Positions 31,439-41,305 of a stretch of 64,000 nucleotides of DNA are shown piece after piece. The position numbers and the translations under genes were made by a program. The number at the start of each line of letters is the position of its first letter. Position 1 is the stretch's first letter. Under the pieces are notes generated by a model. That model worked only from the letters and a program-made list of their open reading frames with translations. It did not search any database and was not told the DNA's origin. The stretch is from Promethearchaeati archaeon (lineage in GTDB: Archaea; Asgardarchaeota; Heimdallarchaeia; Heimdallarchaeales; Heimdallarchaeaceae): contig JABLTJ010000027.1 in the NCBI GenBank assembly GCA_013166775.1, positions 9,588-73,587 on the forward strand, given 5' to 3'.

Positions 31439-31855
31439 CTATTGAGGAGGAGCTATTGAAATGTGCCCTTGAATTATAGCCCATTTTCCTTCTGATTTCT
31501 TTACTACACCAGTCAACCTTGCAGGACTTACTATTCTTTGTTCCCCAATTCGGAGATTAACTGTTACATCTGCAGCAATCCATGCAATGGAACCATGGGA
31601 ATTAATCTTTGTCCAATCAAATGATAATGAAATTTCATCAAATCGCTCTTTTTCCTTTGCTGGAGCATATTTATATTCTTCTTCATAACCAACCCATTTT
31701 TCTCCTGTACCATAAACAACAAGGTTGGAATCTTTTGCCCATAAAGCTAAATACCTATCAATATCATCTTTTGGATATGCTTCTACAAATTCCTCAAAAA
31801 ATTCTTTAACTTCAGCGATAGTTTGTGGATCATTACTCATTTTATCACTATGCAT
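31439..31855 (-). CDS. SnoaL-like/NTF2-fold protein
   Basis: ARLTGVVKKSEGKWAIIQGHIS. Confidence 0.85.
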   Translation of the reverse strand: MHSDKMSNDPQTIAEVKEFFEEFVEAYPKDDIDRYLALWAKDSNLVVYGTGEKWVGYEEEYKYAPAKEKERFDEISLSFDWTKINSHGSIAWIAADVTVNLRIGEQRIVSPARLTGVVKKSEGKWAIIQGHISIAPPQ

Positions 31856-31971
31856 AAAGGTTACCCAGAACCTTTAAATTTTACCAATATTTTATTTATG
31901 AATTATTACCCTAAAATCGTTAGGTTTATATAATAATAAGATAAGAGAATATTGAGTAATAATTCAAAAAG

Positions 31972-32310
31972 GTGAAAAAAATGGGATTTAGACAAAGAAG
32001 ATTTGCACAAGGCCCAGGTAATGGAAGAGGAAGATTTTTCCAACGAGGTGGATTCGGAAGGAGATACTACAGCCCTAATTGTGACTGGTATCCTGATTTA
32101 CCAAGAGGTTGGTGGGCGATGCCTGAATATCAAGATAGAGTTAGAGATGCAGGATGGGTTGCACCTCCAGTTGCAGCTAGATGGAATCCTTATGGGAAAC
32201 CAAACAATCCAGAAGCAGTAGAGCATGAAATTTCTCTCATTCAGAAACAGATAGAATCTCTTCAGGATGAAATCGAATATCTGAAAGATCTGAAACTAGC
32301 TAAGGATTAG
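31972..32310 (+). CDS. DUF5320-like Gly/Arg-rich protein with C-terminal coiled coil
   Basis: GPGNGRGRFFQRGGFGRR...EISLIQKQIESLQDEIEYL. Confidence 0.6.
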   Translation: MKKMGFRQRRFAQGPGNGRGRFFQRGGFGRRYYSPNCDWYPDLPRGWWAMPEYQDRVRDAGWVAPPVAARWNPYGKPNNPEAVEHEISLIQKQIESLQDEIEYLKDLKLAKD

Positions 32311-32365
32311 ATTAATAGCCGAAAAATCTTTATTCTTCCTTCTTTTTCTGTAAGTAGTTGATCTT

Positions 32366-32707
32366 ATGAGTAATCGTCGTCATCCTCCAAGAGATGGTTC
32401 AGGATTTCATAGAGGTAAAGGACGGATGAGAGGTCATGGGAGAGGAAGAGGGAGAGGAAGACCAGTAATAGCTTATCCTATAGAACACGATTTAGGTAGC
32501 AGAGAAGCACAAGGAAGTGTAGAGTTATCAAGTTTTGAATTGCAGATTTTACAGATGGCAGATATTGATGGTTTAATTCAAAATGATATTGCAGAGAAAT
32601 TAGAAATTTCTCAAACGTCTGTTTGGCGTTATCTGAAAGCTGTAAGAGAAAGAATTGCTATAGCTATAGCCGAGAACAATAGTATCAGAATAACTATCAA
32701 AGATTAA
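32366..32707 (+). CDS. DUF134-like HTH protein
   Basis: GRGRGRP...ELQILQMADIDGLIQNDIAEKLEISQTSVWR. Confidence 0.75.
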   Translation: MSNRRHPPRDGSGFHRGKGRMRGHGRGRGRGRPVIAYPIEHDLGSREAQGSVELSSFELQILQMADIDGLIQNDIAEKLEISQTSVWRYLKAVRERIAIAIAENNSIRITIKD

Positions 32708-32781
32708 CCTTAGATATAGTCACTTCATTCTAAATACTTACTTTTATTAATGATTTTGAAAAAATGAACAAGGTTTGAAAA

Positions 32782-33222
32782 ATGGATATAAATATCAAAG
32801 AGATTACTGCAGAGAATTGGGTAGATGCAGTAAAATTAAAGGTTAAAGAAGATCAAGAGAATTTTATTGCTTCAAATGCGGTCTCCCTAGCGCAATCGAA
32901 ATTTCACCCATTCATAGAGTGTCATGGTTTCTATGCAGGAGAGGAGATGGTTGGTTTTTCAGCTACAGGAAAAAATCCTGAAGACGGAGAAATTTGGATA
33001 GCAAGATTTATGATAGGAGAAAAGTTCCAAGGTAAAGGTTATGGCAAGAAATGTTCTATTAAACTGCTGGAATTCTTAAAAGAAAGGCATAATTGTTTTA
33101 AAATATTCCTAGATGTTGCACCTGAAAATGAGATAGCTATTAAGATGTATGAATCGGTTGGATTCAAGGATACTGGAAAAATTCAAGGTAAGAGTAAAGT
33201 ATTCAAACTAGACTTCGAATGA
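32782..33222 (+). CDS. GNAT acetyltransferase (spermidine acetyltransferase-like)
   Basis: QENFIASNAVSLAQ, RFMIG..FQGKGYG, NEIA..MY..VGF. Confidence 0.88.
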   Translation: MDINIKEITAENWVDAVKLKVKEDQENFIASNAVSLAQSKFHPFIECHGFYAGEEMVGFSATGKNPEDGEIWIARFMIGEKFQGKGYGKKCSIKLLEFLKERHNCFKIFLDVAPENEIAIKMYESVGFKDTGKIQGKSKVFKLDFE

Positions 33223-33287
33223 ATCAGAGAGATTAATTCTTGGTAGAAAATTAGTTTTAAAAAGAATCTCATCAATTATACTTAGAC

Positions 33288-33686
33288 ATGAAATCTTCAA
33301 AGGAAAAATCGGAAAAGGAATGGAAGGAAGAATTAACCAAAGAGCAATTTAGAGTCTTGCGTTTAAAAGGAACAGAACTAGCCTTCACGGGAAAATACTG
33401 GAATAATAAAGAGAAAGGGACATACAAATGTGCAGGCTGTGGAAAGAAACTTTTTACATCAGAGACTAAATACGACTCAGGATGTGGTTGGCCCTCGTTT
33501 TTCACTCCGTTAGAAGACAGTAATATCAAAGAAGAAGTGGATACTTCTCATGGAATGGAAAGAACCGAGGTTCTATGCAAGAACTGCGGTGGTCATCTAG
33601 GTCATGTATTTGATGATGGCCCCAAACCTACAGGATTACGTTATTGCATAAATTCTGTTTCTCTTGATTTTGACAAAGAAGACTAA
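33288..33686 (+). CDS. msrB: Peptide methionine sulfoxide reductase B (Cys form)
   Basis: [31 protein letters not shown]. Confidence 0.97.
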   Translation: MKSSKEKSEKEWKEELTKEQFRVLRLKGTELAFTGKYWNNKEKGTYKCAGCGKKLFTSETKYDSGCGWPSFFTPLEDSNIKEEVDTSHGMERTEVLCKNCGGHLGHVFDDGPKPTGLRYCINSVSLDFDKED

Positions 33687-34190
33687 ACTCTTCAAATAAG
33701 ATTCACATCAATAATTGCAGAGATACGTAAAATAGTATTTGTCCATTTAACAAAACTTGTTACTTACTCGATGGAGTAGATACTATACTTCATTTTTATA
33801 AGCTCTCTAGACTCCACTCCGAGAAATAATAGATTGTTTGGGGGAGAGAAGAGATTACAACATAATGCAAAAACCCTCTCGAAAAACAGTAGATTTATAT
33901 TACTTTTTTTTCAAAAATCATTAGTGATAGAGATGAGTACATTTCGAATCTTTCTTGTAATGGGTGCATTTCTTTAGTGTATCCGTGTCTGTTGGTGTAC
34001 AAATTTCTTAGCTGAAAAGATTTTAAGCAGAATAAGAAGATACGAAGTCTCAAGCTTTCTTTTCCTCTATCAGTGATTTGCTTTATCTAAAATACTAGTA
34101 TTTTCCAGCTTTTCTGAGAATAATCTTTTCTGTATGAATTCTTTCCCCCATAGCCACTATCTTTGCAAAAAGGGGTGATAAAAAAAGAAC

Positions 34191-35312
34191 GTGTCAAAAT
34201 TGATTAAAATAGAAAATATTCACAAAACATATAGAAGCACTAGAAGAGAATTCCAGCTTTTTATGAAAAATGTGAAAAAGAAAGGTAAAGAAGTAAAGAA
34301 ATCAGGTTCTACTTCTTCAAGCGTTAGTGAAACCAAGGTAAAGTACAATCCTTTCTTGAAGACTTCGAAGAAGCAAACAGAAGCTCTTTGTGGGATTACA
34401 CTCCACATTAGTAAAGGTGAGATCTTTGGCTTATTGGGACCTAATGGAGCAGGTAAAACTACACTTACAAAAATCATTTCAACCCTCATTATTCCTGACA
34501 AGGGATCTGTAACAGTAAATAGCTTCGACATTGTGAAGAAGGTTAAACAAGCTCGTGCATCTATTGGATTAGTTACAGGAGGAGAAAGATCTCTCTACTG
34601 GAAACTTACTCCTATTGAAAATCTTTCTTTCTTCGGAAGAATGTACTACTTATCGAAGAAGGAATCTGTTGAAAGAGCAAAGGAACTCATAGAAATCTTC
34701 GATATGAAAGAGAAAGAAAATGAGCTTATCCAAAACCTAAGTACTGGACAGAAGATGAAAATTGCTTTCGCTCGATCTCTAATGCATGATCCTCCTATCC
34801 TACTTCTAGATGAGTATAATAGAGGATTGGATCCACAAGCATCAAAAGATCTTAGAACATATATCAAGAAACAATTACAACAAGAACAGAACAAAACTAT
34901 TCTTCTTTGTACTCACGACATGAATGTAGCTGATGAACTCTCAGATAGAGTTGGATTAATTTTCCAAGGCAAAGTTGTTTCCTTAGAGACTCCTGAGAAA
35001 CTAAAAAGCTCTTTAGAATACAAATCAAAAGTTACTCTGGTTACAAACAAACCAGTTGTCAAGTTGTTAACTAGTTATCAAGGATTGAACATCCTATCAA
35101 CAAAACAAGCTAATGGAGATTTCACAACCATCGTATCACTCGGGAATGGTCAAACTGGGATGGAAGTAATGGACTATATCAGAGAACAAGGATTCTTTGT
35201 AAAGAATCTCGAAGTAAACCATGCTAGTTTAGAGGATGTATTTCTTACCTATACAGGTAGAACTCTAGAAGATGATGAAATAGAGATCAGTATAAAGGAG
35301 GTTCAAACATGA
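34191..35312 (+). CDS. ABC-2/DrrA-type ATP-binding protein
   Basis: GPNGAGKTT, LSTGQK, LLLDE, SLEDVFL.YTGR. Confidence 0.92.
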   Translation: MSKLIKIENIHKTYRSTRREFQLFMKNVKKKGKEVKKSGSTSSSVSETKVKYNPFLKTSKKQTEALCGITLHISKGEIFGLLGPNGAGKTTLTKIISTLIIPDKGSVTVNSFDIVKKVKQARASIGLVTGGERSLYWKLTPIENLSFFGRMYYLSKKESVERAKELIEIFDMKEKENELIQNLSTGQKMKIAFARSLMHDPPILLLDEYNRGLDPQASKDLRTYIKKQLQQEQNKTILLCTHDMNVADELSDRVGLIFQGKVVSLETPEKLKSSLEYKSKVTLVTNKPVVKLLTSYQGLNILSTKQANGDFTTIVSLGNGQTGMEVMDYIREQGFFVKNLEVNHASLEDVFLTYTGRTLEDDEIEISIKEVQT

Positions 35313-36235
35313 TGTTTCATGATGTTGTACTTGTATCTCATGATAATGAAGATCAAGAAGATAAACCAAATGAGATACATGACGAGGTGCTGAAAAGAGT
35401 CAATAAATCAGGAGTAAGGAAATCGATTCATGCAATTACTACTTATGCAATTAAGAACCTAAAACATTCTCTACGCTATCCTGGATCATGGCTCTACTGG
35501 ATGTTAGTTCCTATGCTTTGGCTAGTTCCTTATGCCTTTCAAGGAAGAGCTCTCATAGAGGGGACTGAATCAGACTTCTTTAGACAGTTCGGTGGTACAG
35601 GAGATTACTTCTCCTATGTAGCTATAGGAATAATTCTTTTCAATATTGTTGATGCAGCTATATGGGGAAGTGGTAATAGACTAAGGTGGGAACAGAAAAG
35701 TGGAACATTCGAATTCCTATGGATGTCTCCAGTTTCTCGATCCGAATTGCTTCTTGGAGCAAGTTTGTCTGAGCTTGGATGGATAGTGTTCGTTTGCACT
35801 GGTCAGTTCCTTATTCTGAACTCCATACTCTCATGGTCCTTTACAATTGTCCAAGTACTACTAGCAATGTTAGTCATCCTTGTAACCTTGATTGGATTGT
35901 TTGGTTTCAGTTTCTTATTTGCTAGCATTATTCTTGTCTTCAAAGAACCAGGAACATTAACTGAATTAACTGAAGCAAGTTTGAATATCTTGTTACCTGT
36001 TCGATATCCTTTACAGGTGCTACCTTCGTACATTAGATGGGTTGGATATGTCATACCATTTGCTTATGGTTTTTTGGCATTCAGAGCATTTACAATCGCG
36101 TACAATCTGAGACTAGGAGCTCTTTACATCTCATTATTATTTCTGCTATCAGTTATAATGTGGATAGGTGGTGTAAAACTCTTTGCAAAAATCGAACATC
36201 GAACTAGAAGCACAGGACAATTAGGAGTTTATTGA
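35309..36235 (+). CDS. ABC-2 type permease
   Basis: EQKSGTFE..WMSPVSR, YP..VLP; six TMs. Confidence 0.88.
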   Translation: MMFHDVVLVSHDNEDQEDKPNEIHDEVLKRVNKSGVRKSIHAITTYAIKNLKHSLRYPGSWLYWMLVPMLWLVPYAFQGRALIEGTESDFFRQFGGTGDYFSYVAIGIILFNIVDAAIWGSGNRLRWEQKSGTFEFLWMSPVSRSELLLGASLSELGWIVFVCTGQFLILNSILSWSFTIVQVLLAMLVILVTLIGLFGFSFLFASIILVFKEPGTLTELTEASLNILLPVRYPLQVLPSYIRWVGYVIPFAYGFLAFRAFTIAYNLRLGALYISLLFLLSVIMWIGGVKLFAKIEHRTRSTGQLGVY

Positions 36236-36244
36236 GGTGAAAAC

Positions 36245-37105
36245 ATGAAGAGTAAAAATTCAATAAAAAACACTGCAAAGAACTTACTTAACGAATTGAA
36301 AGGAACTTTAGCAATATATAATAAAGCATGGAAAATAAGGAAGAGATATCCTTTATCATTAGCTTTCTTTGCATTCGCTCCTCTCCTATGGCTTCTACCT
36401 CATTTGATTTATGGAACCGCAGTAACAGGTGGAAGATATTCAGCAAAACTGGAATCCTTAATCGGTTTTGGAGACGTATTAGTTTACACCGCTTTGGGAT
36501 TAGTATTCATTGCATTATTTCATAATACCATGTGGGGAACAGCTTACTCCATCAGAGATGAAGAGTTCTTAGGAACACTAGATAATATGTATATAGCACC
36601 CATCTCTCGATTTAGTATTATTCTAGGCAATTCCGCTTTCGCCATTTCACAAGCAGCAGTCGGTTGTACAATTCAGATGATAATAATTGGAGTTTGGTAT
36701 AGAGATTCATTCAACATAGTTAATCTACTACTCGCTACAGTCTTCATGGTATTGGCAATTATTATGGTGCAAGGAGTATCGATGGTACTTGTTTCTTTTG
36801 TCTTTTGGCAAAAGGAAGGTTGGAGATCAATCTTGATAGTTCATTCAGTGTTGATGTTCTTAACTCCAATTGCTTTCCCAATAGTTGTCTTACCTAATTA
36901 CTTACAAGGAATCGCAAAACTGAATCCATTAACATTTGCTATTGAGGGATTCAGAAATGCTTTCTTATTCGGTGTCAGCTTTGAAGTAATGAGATATCTA
37001 TTCATACTGATTGTAGCAGTTCCAATACTCTTGGCTCTTGGAGTAATTATTTTCCAAATAACCGAAAAACTGTTGAGAAAGAAAGCTCTTTTAGGGCAGT
37101 ATTAA
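36245..37105 (+). CDS. ABC-2 type permease (second subunit)
   Basis: EEFLGTLD..YIAPISR, FP..VLP..NPLT.AIEGFR. Confidence 0.88.
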   Translation: MKSKNSIKNTAKNLLNELKGTLAIYNKAWKIRKRYPLSLAFFAFAPLLWLLPHLIYGTAVTGGRYSAKLESLIGFGDVLVYTALGLVFIALFHNTMWGTAYSIRDEEFLGTLDNMYIAPISRFSIILGNSAFAISQAAVGCTIQMIIIGVWYRDSFNIVNLLLATVFMVLAIIMVQGVSMVLVSFVFWQKEGWRSILIVHSVLMFLTPIAFPIVVLPNYLQGIAKLNPLTFAIEGFRNAFLFGVSFEVMRYLFILIVAVPILLALGVIIFQITEKLLRKKALLGQY

Positions 37106-37968
37106 AACTGCTCCCAGAACTCCTTTTCAGGATGTTCTACTTTCTCAACTAATCTTTTATCATGCCAACAGAAATCACAATAAGAATTACCTATCATGAG
37201 AGATTTTTCTCTTGTTAGAACAAAGCTTTCATTCATTCTATTTATCGTTAGAAAATCAGGATAACATCCAACCAAATAACCAAACTCTTTATCAAAGCCA
37301 TTATACAAGTGCTCCAATGCTTGTTGGGTCATGCATTTTTCTATTTTTATTCCTACTTTGCCTTGATCTATTTTAAAGGCAGTAAAATTGAAGGTTTCTT
37401 TATATTCACTTTCATACAGCTCTACCATCTGTTCAATCATTTCCATAGTTGGTTCCCTTTTCTCTCCATCTATATAGAGATATTCAAGGTATTCTTTGTA
37501 GAACTTCAGAGCTTCCTCTCTAGGCATGATTTCTTTGAGTACAACAGCCATAATGTACTTTGGAATTATTCTCCCACTCACTCTATCAAGAATTGTTATT
37601 TGCATTTTTTTGGTTCTTCTACTAACATAGTATTTCTGAAGATTCAGAGAAATCTTTGAGACTTGTATCAATTTATTTCTCAATATTCTGAAGAAATCCA
37701 CAATTAACTCTTTGCCATCTCTTCTCTGTAATCTAAAATTCTTTAATAAAGATTGAACTGCTTCTGGTAGGTCTTGTTTCTCAGCTATTATTTTAGAAAA
37801 TTCTTTTCCTAGTACTCGAACATAAGGAAGAAAATAATCTGGGTGAAAATTCACCAAATATTCTAGAAAGGAATTTAGTTCGAGCAGAATCCTATTAACA
37901 AAGTTTCTAAGATGAAATTCAACTTCGTAATTTTCATCATACTCGCTATACTTTTCTCGAATAATCAC
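37102..37968 (-). CDS. L-2-amino-thiazoline-4-carboxylic acid hydrolase-like (V4R-related) protein
   Basis: KC...GCYPDF...LTREKSLMIGNSYCDFCW. Confidence 0.75.
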   Translation of the reverse strand: MIIREKYSEYDENYEVEFHLRNFVNRILLELNSFLEYLVNFHPDYFLPYVRVLGKEFSKIIAEKQDLPEAVQSLLKNFRLQRRDGKELIVDFFRILRNKLIQVSKISLNLQKYYVSRRTKKMQITILDRVSGRIIPKYIMAVVLKEIMPREEALKFYKEYLEYLYIDGEKREPTMEMIEQMVELYESEYKETFNFTAFKIDQGKVGIKIEKCMTQQALEHLYNGFDKEFGYLVGCYPDFLTINRMNESFVLTREKSLMIGNSYCDFCWHDKRLVEKVEHPEKEFWEQF

Positions 37969-38110
37969 ATTAATTCAACCTTTAGAACACTTATTTAGTT
38001 GTTGGGTATTTGTTATACAGCACTCTGTTATTATTGTATCTGTAGTTCGATATATTTCTGTTTATTGAGGAAAGAATTTAATTGACTTCAGACTCATTGT
38101 TAATAGTATC

Positions 38111-38458
38111 ATGAATCTCATAGAAAATTATCGTTTTGGTAAGATCGTTATTAATGGTCAAAAATATAATAGAGACCTTATCGTTTTCCCGGAAGAAATT
38201 AAAACAAATTGGTGGCGTAAGGATGGCCATTCCCTTTGTCTAGAGGATTTAACAGTTCTTGATGATATCAAAACTGATTATCTTGTGGTTGGTATTGGTT
38301 CTGCTGGTGTCATGAAGGTTCCTTCTGATGTTTTACAAAATCTGAGCCAGAAGGATATTGAAGTCATTGTTCTGAAAACCCCTGAAGCAGTTGAAGAGTA
38401 TAATCGTTTAGCTAAAGAAGGGAAACAGGTAGTTGGTGCATTTCATCTAACTTGTTAA
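38111..38458 (+). CDS. Mth938-like domain protein (AAMDC/NDUFAF3 family)
   Basis: YRFGKIVING, WWRKDGH, VVGIG..G.M, AFHLTC. Confidence 0.9.
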   Translation: MNLIENYRFGKIVINGQKYNRDLIVFPEEIKTNWWRKDGHSLCLEDLTVLDDIKTDYLVVGIGSAGVMKVPSDVLQNLSQKDIEVIVLKTPEAVEEYNRLAKEGKQVVGAFHLTC

Positions 38459-38516
38459 CATTAATCGTGGTTTGTTTTATTCAAAAATTTTTAAGTTAGT
38501 GTAAGAAAGATAATCC

Positions 38517-39338
38517 ATGGGTTCTAAGAAAAGAGATGAGGAAGTAGTTTTGATTACTGGTGCTACTGGTGGGATAGGTACTGTTACAGCTAATCTTTTA
38601 CATAACAATGGATACAAAGTTTATGGTACTACTCGGAATCTAAATAGTGCTCCAAAAACATCATTTAAACTTCTACAGCTTGATGTAACAGAAGATACTT
38701 CAGTAAAAGGATGTATTGAGGAAATTATATCTAAGGAAGGAAAGATCGATGTTCTAATCAATAATGCAAGTTTCTCATTATGTGGTTCGGTAACTTATCT
38801 TTCAGCCAAAGATTTTCAAGCACAATTTGAGACAAATTTCTTTGGTGTTCATAGAATGATTTCAGAAGTTCTTCCAGGGATGTTAGAAAGAGAGGAAGGG
38901 AAAATCATCAATATTGGTACGCTAGGTGGAAGAGCTGCAATGCCTTTTCAAGCTCCATATAGTTCAACAAAAGCAGCATTAGCAATTTACACTGATACAA
39001 TCAGGATGGAATTACAAACAAAGGGAATTAAAGTTTCATTAGTTGAACCTGGAGATATCAAAACTGATTTTCAAGCTGGAAGAAAATTCGCTAAAGGGTA
39101 CGAGAATGATTTAGTAGCTCAGCAAGTAGTTGATTTGTATCATGAAAATGAAAGGAAAGGAACACCTCCAAAAAGAGTAGCAAAGAAGATTCATAAGATT
39201 ATAAGAAAGAACAATCCAAAACCAAGATATCTAGTGGGATTAATGCAAACATTCCTAGTAGGATTTCTCTTTAGATTACTTCCAATTTCCGTACAAGTAT
39301 GGGGATTAATGTGGTACTTTAAAATTCCCAGAAACTGA
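38517..39338 (+). CDS. Classical SDR oxidoreductase (candidate 3-ketosphinganine reductase)
   Basis: TGATGGIG, NNAS, YSSTK, EPGDIKT; hydrophobic C-terminus; immediately upstream of the SPT-like gene. Confidence 0.85.
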   Translation: MGSKKRDEEVVLITGATGGIGTVTANLLHNNGYKVYGTTRNLNSAPKTSFKLLQLDVTEDTSVKGCIEEIISKEGKIDVLINNASFSLCGSVTYLSAKDFQAQFETNFFGVHRMISEVLPGMLEREEGKIINIGTLGGRAAMPFQAPYSSTKAALAIYTDTIRMELQTKGIKVSLVEPGDIKTDFQAGRKFAKGYENDLVAQQVVDLYHENERKGTPPKRVAKKIHKIIRKNNPKPRYLVGLMQTFLVGFLFRLLPISVQVWGLMWYFKIPRN

Positions 39339-39445
39339 AAAGTAAAACATGAACCCTCATATTTTGCTTTTTCATCGTCTCATCTGAAATCTTTATAAAA
39401 AACCTCTTAGATTCATCAATCTAACTTCAATATGCCTAAATTGCA

Positions 39446-40669
39446 ATGGTGGAGAAAATGTCTAAATTCTTTAAAAAATGTAATCGGTATTATCGTTTTG
39501 GAGAACCAACTATAGCCAAAAATCTTGGTATTTACCCTTATTTTCATCGTATTCATGGAGAGCAAAATCCTATTGTGCAAATGGATGATAAAGATATTAT
39601 CATGCTGGGGAGTAATAATTACCTTGGTATGACTTCTCATCCCCAAGTTAAACAAGCAGCAAAAGATGCAATTGATGTATATGGGGTAGGTTCAACAGGG
39701 TCTAGATTACTCAACGGAACCATGGATATTCACATTGAATTAGAAGAGAGATTAGCTAAATTCATGGGAACAGATGATTGTGTAGTTTTTTCAACAGGAA
39801 TGCAAGCTAATCTTGGAGCTATCTCAGCGTTGCTTTCAGAAAAGGATGAATGGATCATCTCAGATCAACAAAATCATGCGTCTATAATCGATGGTATTCG
39901 TCTTGGAAGAAATAATCCAAAAAACAAAAAAATCTACGATCATTGTAATATGGACTCATTAGCTAAATGTTTGAAAGATACACCAAAAGGTAAAGCTCTA
40001 ATTGTTACTGATGGTGTTTTTTCGATGGAAGGAGATCTAGCTAAAATGAATGAAATAATGGATTTAGCTGAAGATCGTGATGCTGGTGTATACATAGATG
40101 ATGCTCACGCTGTTGGAGTTATTGGTCCTCATGGGAAAGGTACAGCTGCTCATTTTGATATGGTTGATAAAGTTCATCTAACAATGGGTACTTTTTCCAA
40201 AAGTTTTGCAACAGTGGGAGGTTTTGTTGCTGCAAATGAGCAAATCTGCAATTGGCTAAGGCACAAGGCTAGATCTTTTATATTCTCAGCTAGTCCACCT
40301 CCAGCTACATGTGCTACTGTTTTAGCAATTTTAGATATCATAGAGAAAGATGATTCCTATAGGCAAAAACTTCTAGCAATAGGAGATAAAATGAGAAAAG
40401 GATTAACTGATATAGGCTTTGATACTGGTAATTCAGTTACACCAATAATCCCACTAGTTGTTGGAGAGACTCGTCGGACAGTTAAATTTTTCAAGAAGCT
40501 GTTTGAACACAAACCTAGAGGGATTTTTACTAACCCTGTAGTTCATCCTGCTACTCCAAAAGGAAGAGAATTAATCCGTACATCATACATAGCTACTATG
40601 ACGGATGAAGTAACCTCAGAAGCTCTGGATATTTTCGAAGTAGCTGGAAAGGACATGAAGTTGATTTAG
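39446..40669 (+). CDS. Alpha-oxoamine synthase, serine palmitoyltransferase-like
   Basis: YPYF, GSNNYLG, GSRLLNGT, HASIIDG, DDAH, GTFSKS (PLP Lys), PATP..RELIRTS. Confidence 0.8.
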   Translation: MVEKMSKFFKKCNRYYRFGEPTIAKNLGIYPYFHRIHGEQNPIVQMDDKDIIMLGSNNYLGMTSHPQVKQAAKDAIDVYGVGSTGSRLLNGTMDIHIELEERLAKFMGTDDCVVFSTGMQANLGAISALLSEKDEWIISDQQNHASIIDGIRLGRNNPKNKKIYDHCNMDSLAKCLKDTPKGKALIVTDGVFSMEGDLAKMNEIMDLAEDRDAGVYIDDAHAVGVIGPHGKGTAAHFDMVDKVHLTMGTFSKSFATVGGFVAANEQICNWLRHKARSFIFSASPPPATCATVLAILDIIEKDDSYRQKLLAIGDKMRKGLTDIGFDTGNSVTPIIPLVVGETRRTVKFFKKLFEHKPRGIFTNPVVHPATPKGRELIRTSYIATMTDEVTSEALDIFEVAGKDMKLI

Positions 40670-40678
40670 ATATTTTTC

Positions 40679-41284
40679 TTATTTTCCTACTCTTACTGAA
40701 CAGGTTAAATGCCCACCTACGTATCCAAGAAAGACGGAACAACCTAGAAGTATTAGGCTTAAAGTTATTGACCAAAGAATTTCTAAACTATTAGAATCAA
40801 TTAGAAATGCTGAAACAGCAAGTAAAATTGAAAGAATTATTGCTGTACTTCCAACCATAATTTTCTGTTTAAGCATTGGAGTTGTTATTGATTTGAATCT
40901 TATCTTCCCATCAAGTATGCCAGCACTCAAAGCAGCTACAAGAACAAAAGGTAATGCCACAGATAATATTCTCAAAGCCATGAGGAAATAGGTTTGGATC
41001 GGTTCGTTAAGTATTGCAACAAGTATTGAAATACCAAGAATAAATGGAATAAATCCTTGGGGGAAATGTACTAGAATAGGATGAATATGAAATTCTAATA
41101 TCTTCATTCGTTTCTCTGAAATTGTAGGTTCATAGGGTTCAAAAGCGGATTTCTTCACTCCACAAGCAGGACATAAATCTCCCAGTTTGCTTTCCTTTAT
41201 CACATATCCACAGACTTTACATTTAACAAATTGAACCATTATATCACTCATTAAATATAGATTGAATAAAGAAAAGCAATTCAA
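40679..41284 (-). CDS. Rubredoxin-like domain + DUF2231-like membrane domain
   Basis: CKVCGY-x9-CPACG, HPILVHFP, four TMs ending GGHL. Confidence 0.8.
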   Translation of the reverse strand: MNCFSLFNLYLMSDIMVQFVKCKVCGYVIKESKLGDLCPACGVKKSAFEPYEPTISEKRMKILEFHIHPILVHFPQGFIPFILGISILVAILNEPIQTYFLMALRILSVALPFVLVAALSAGILDGKIRFKSITTPMLKQKIMVGSTAIILSILLAVSAFLIDSNSLEILWSITLSLILLGCSVFLGYVGGHLTCSVRVGK

Positions 41285-41305
41285 CTTCTATTTAATATTT
41301 GCTAA

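Noticed and set aside
39446-40669. Plain bioF or kbl annotation
   Set aside because: Motifs (YPYF, GSRLLNGT) and context fit SPT better; not excluded without phylogeny, so no gene symbol was given
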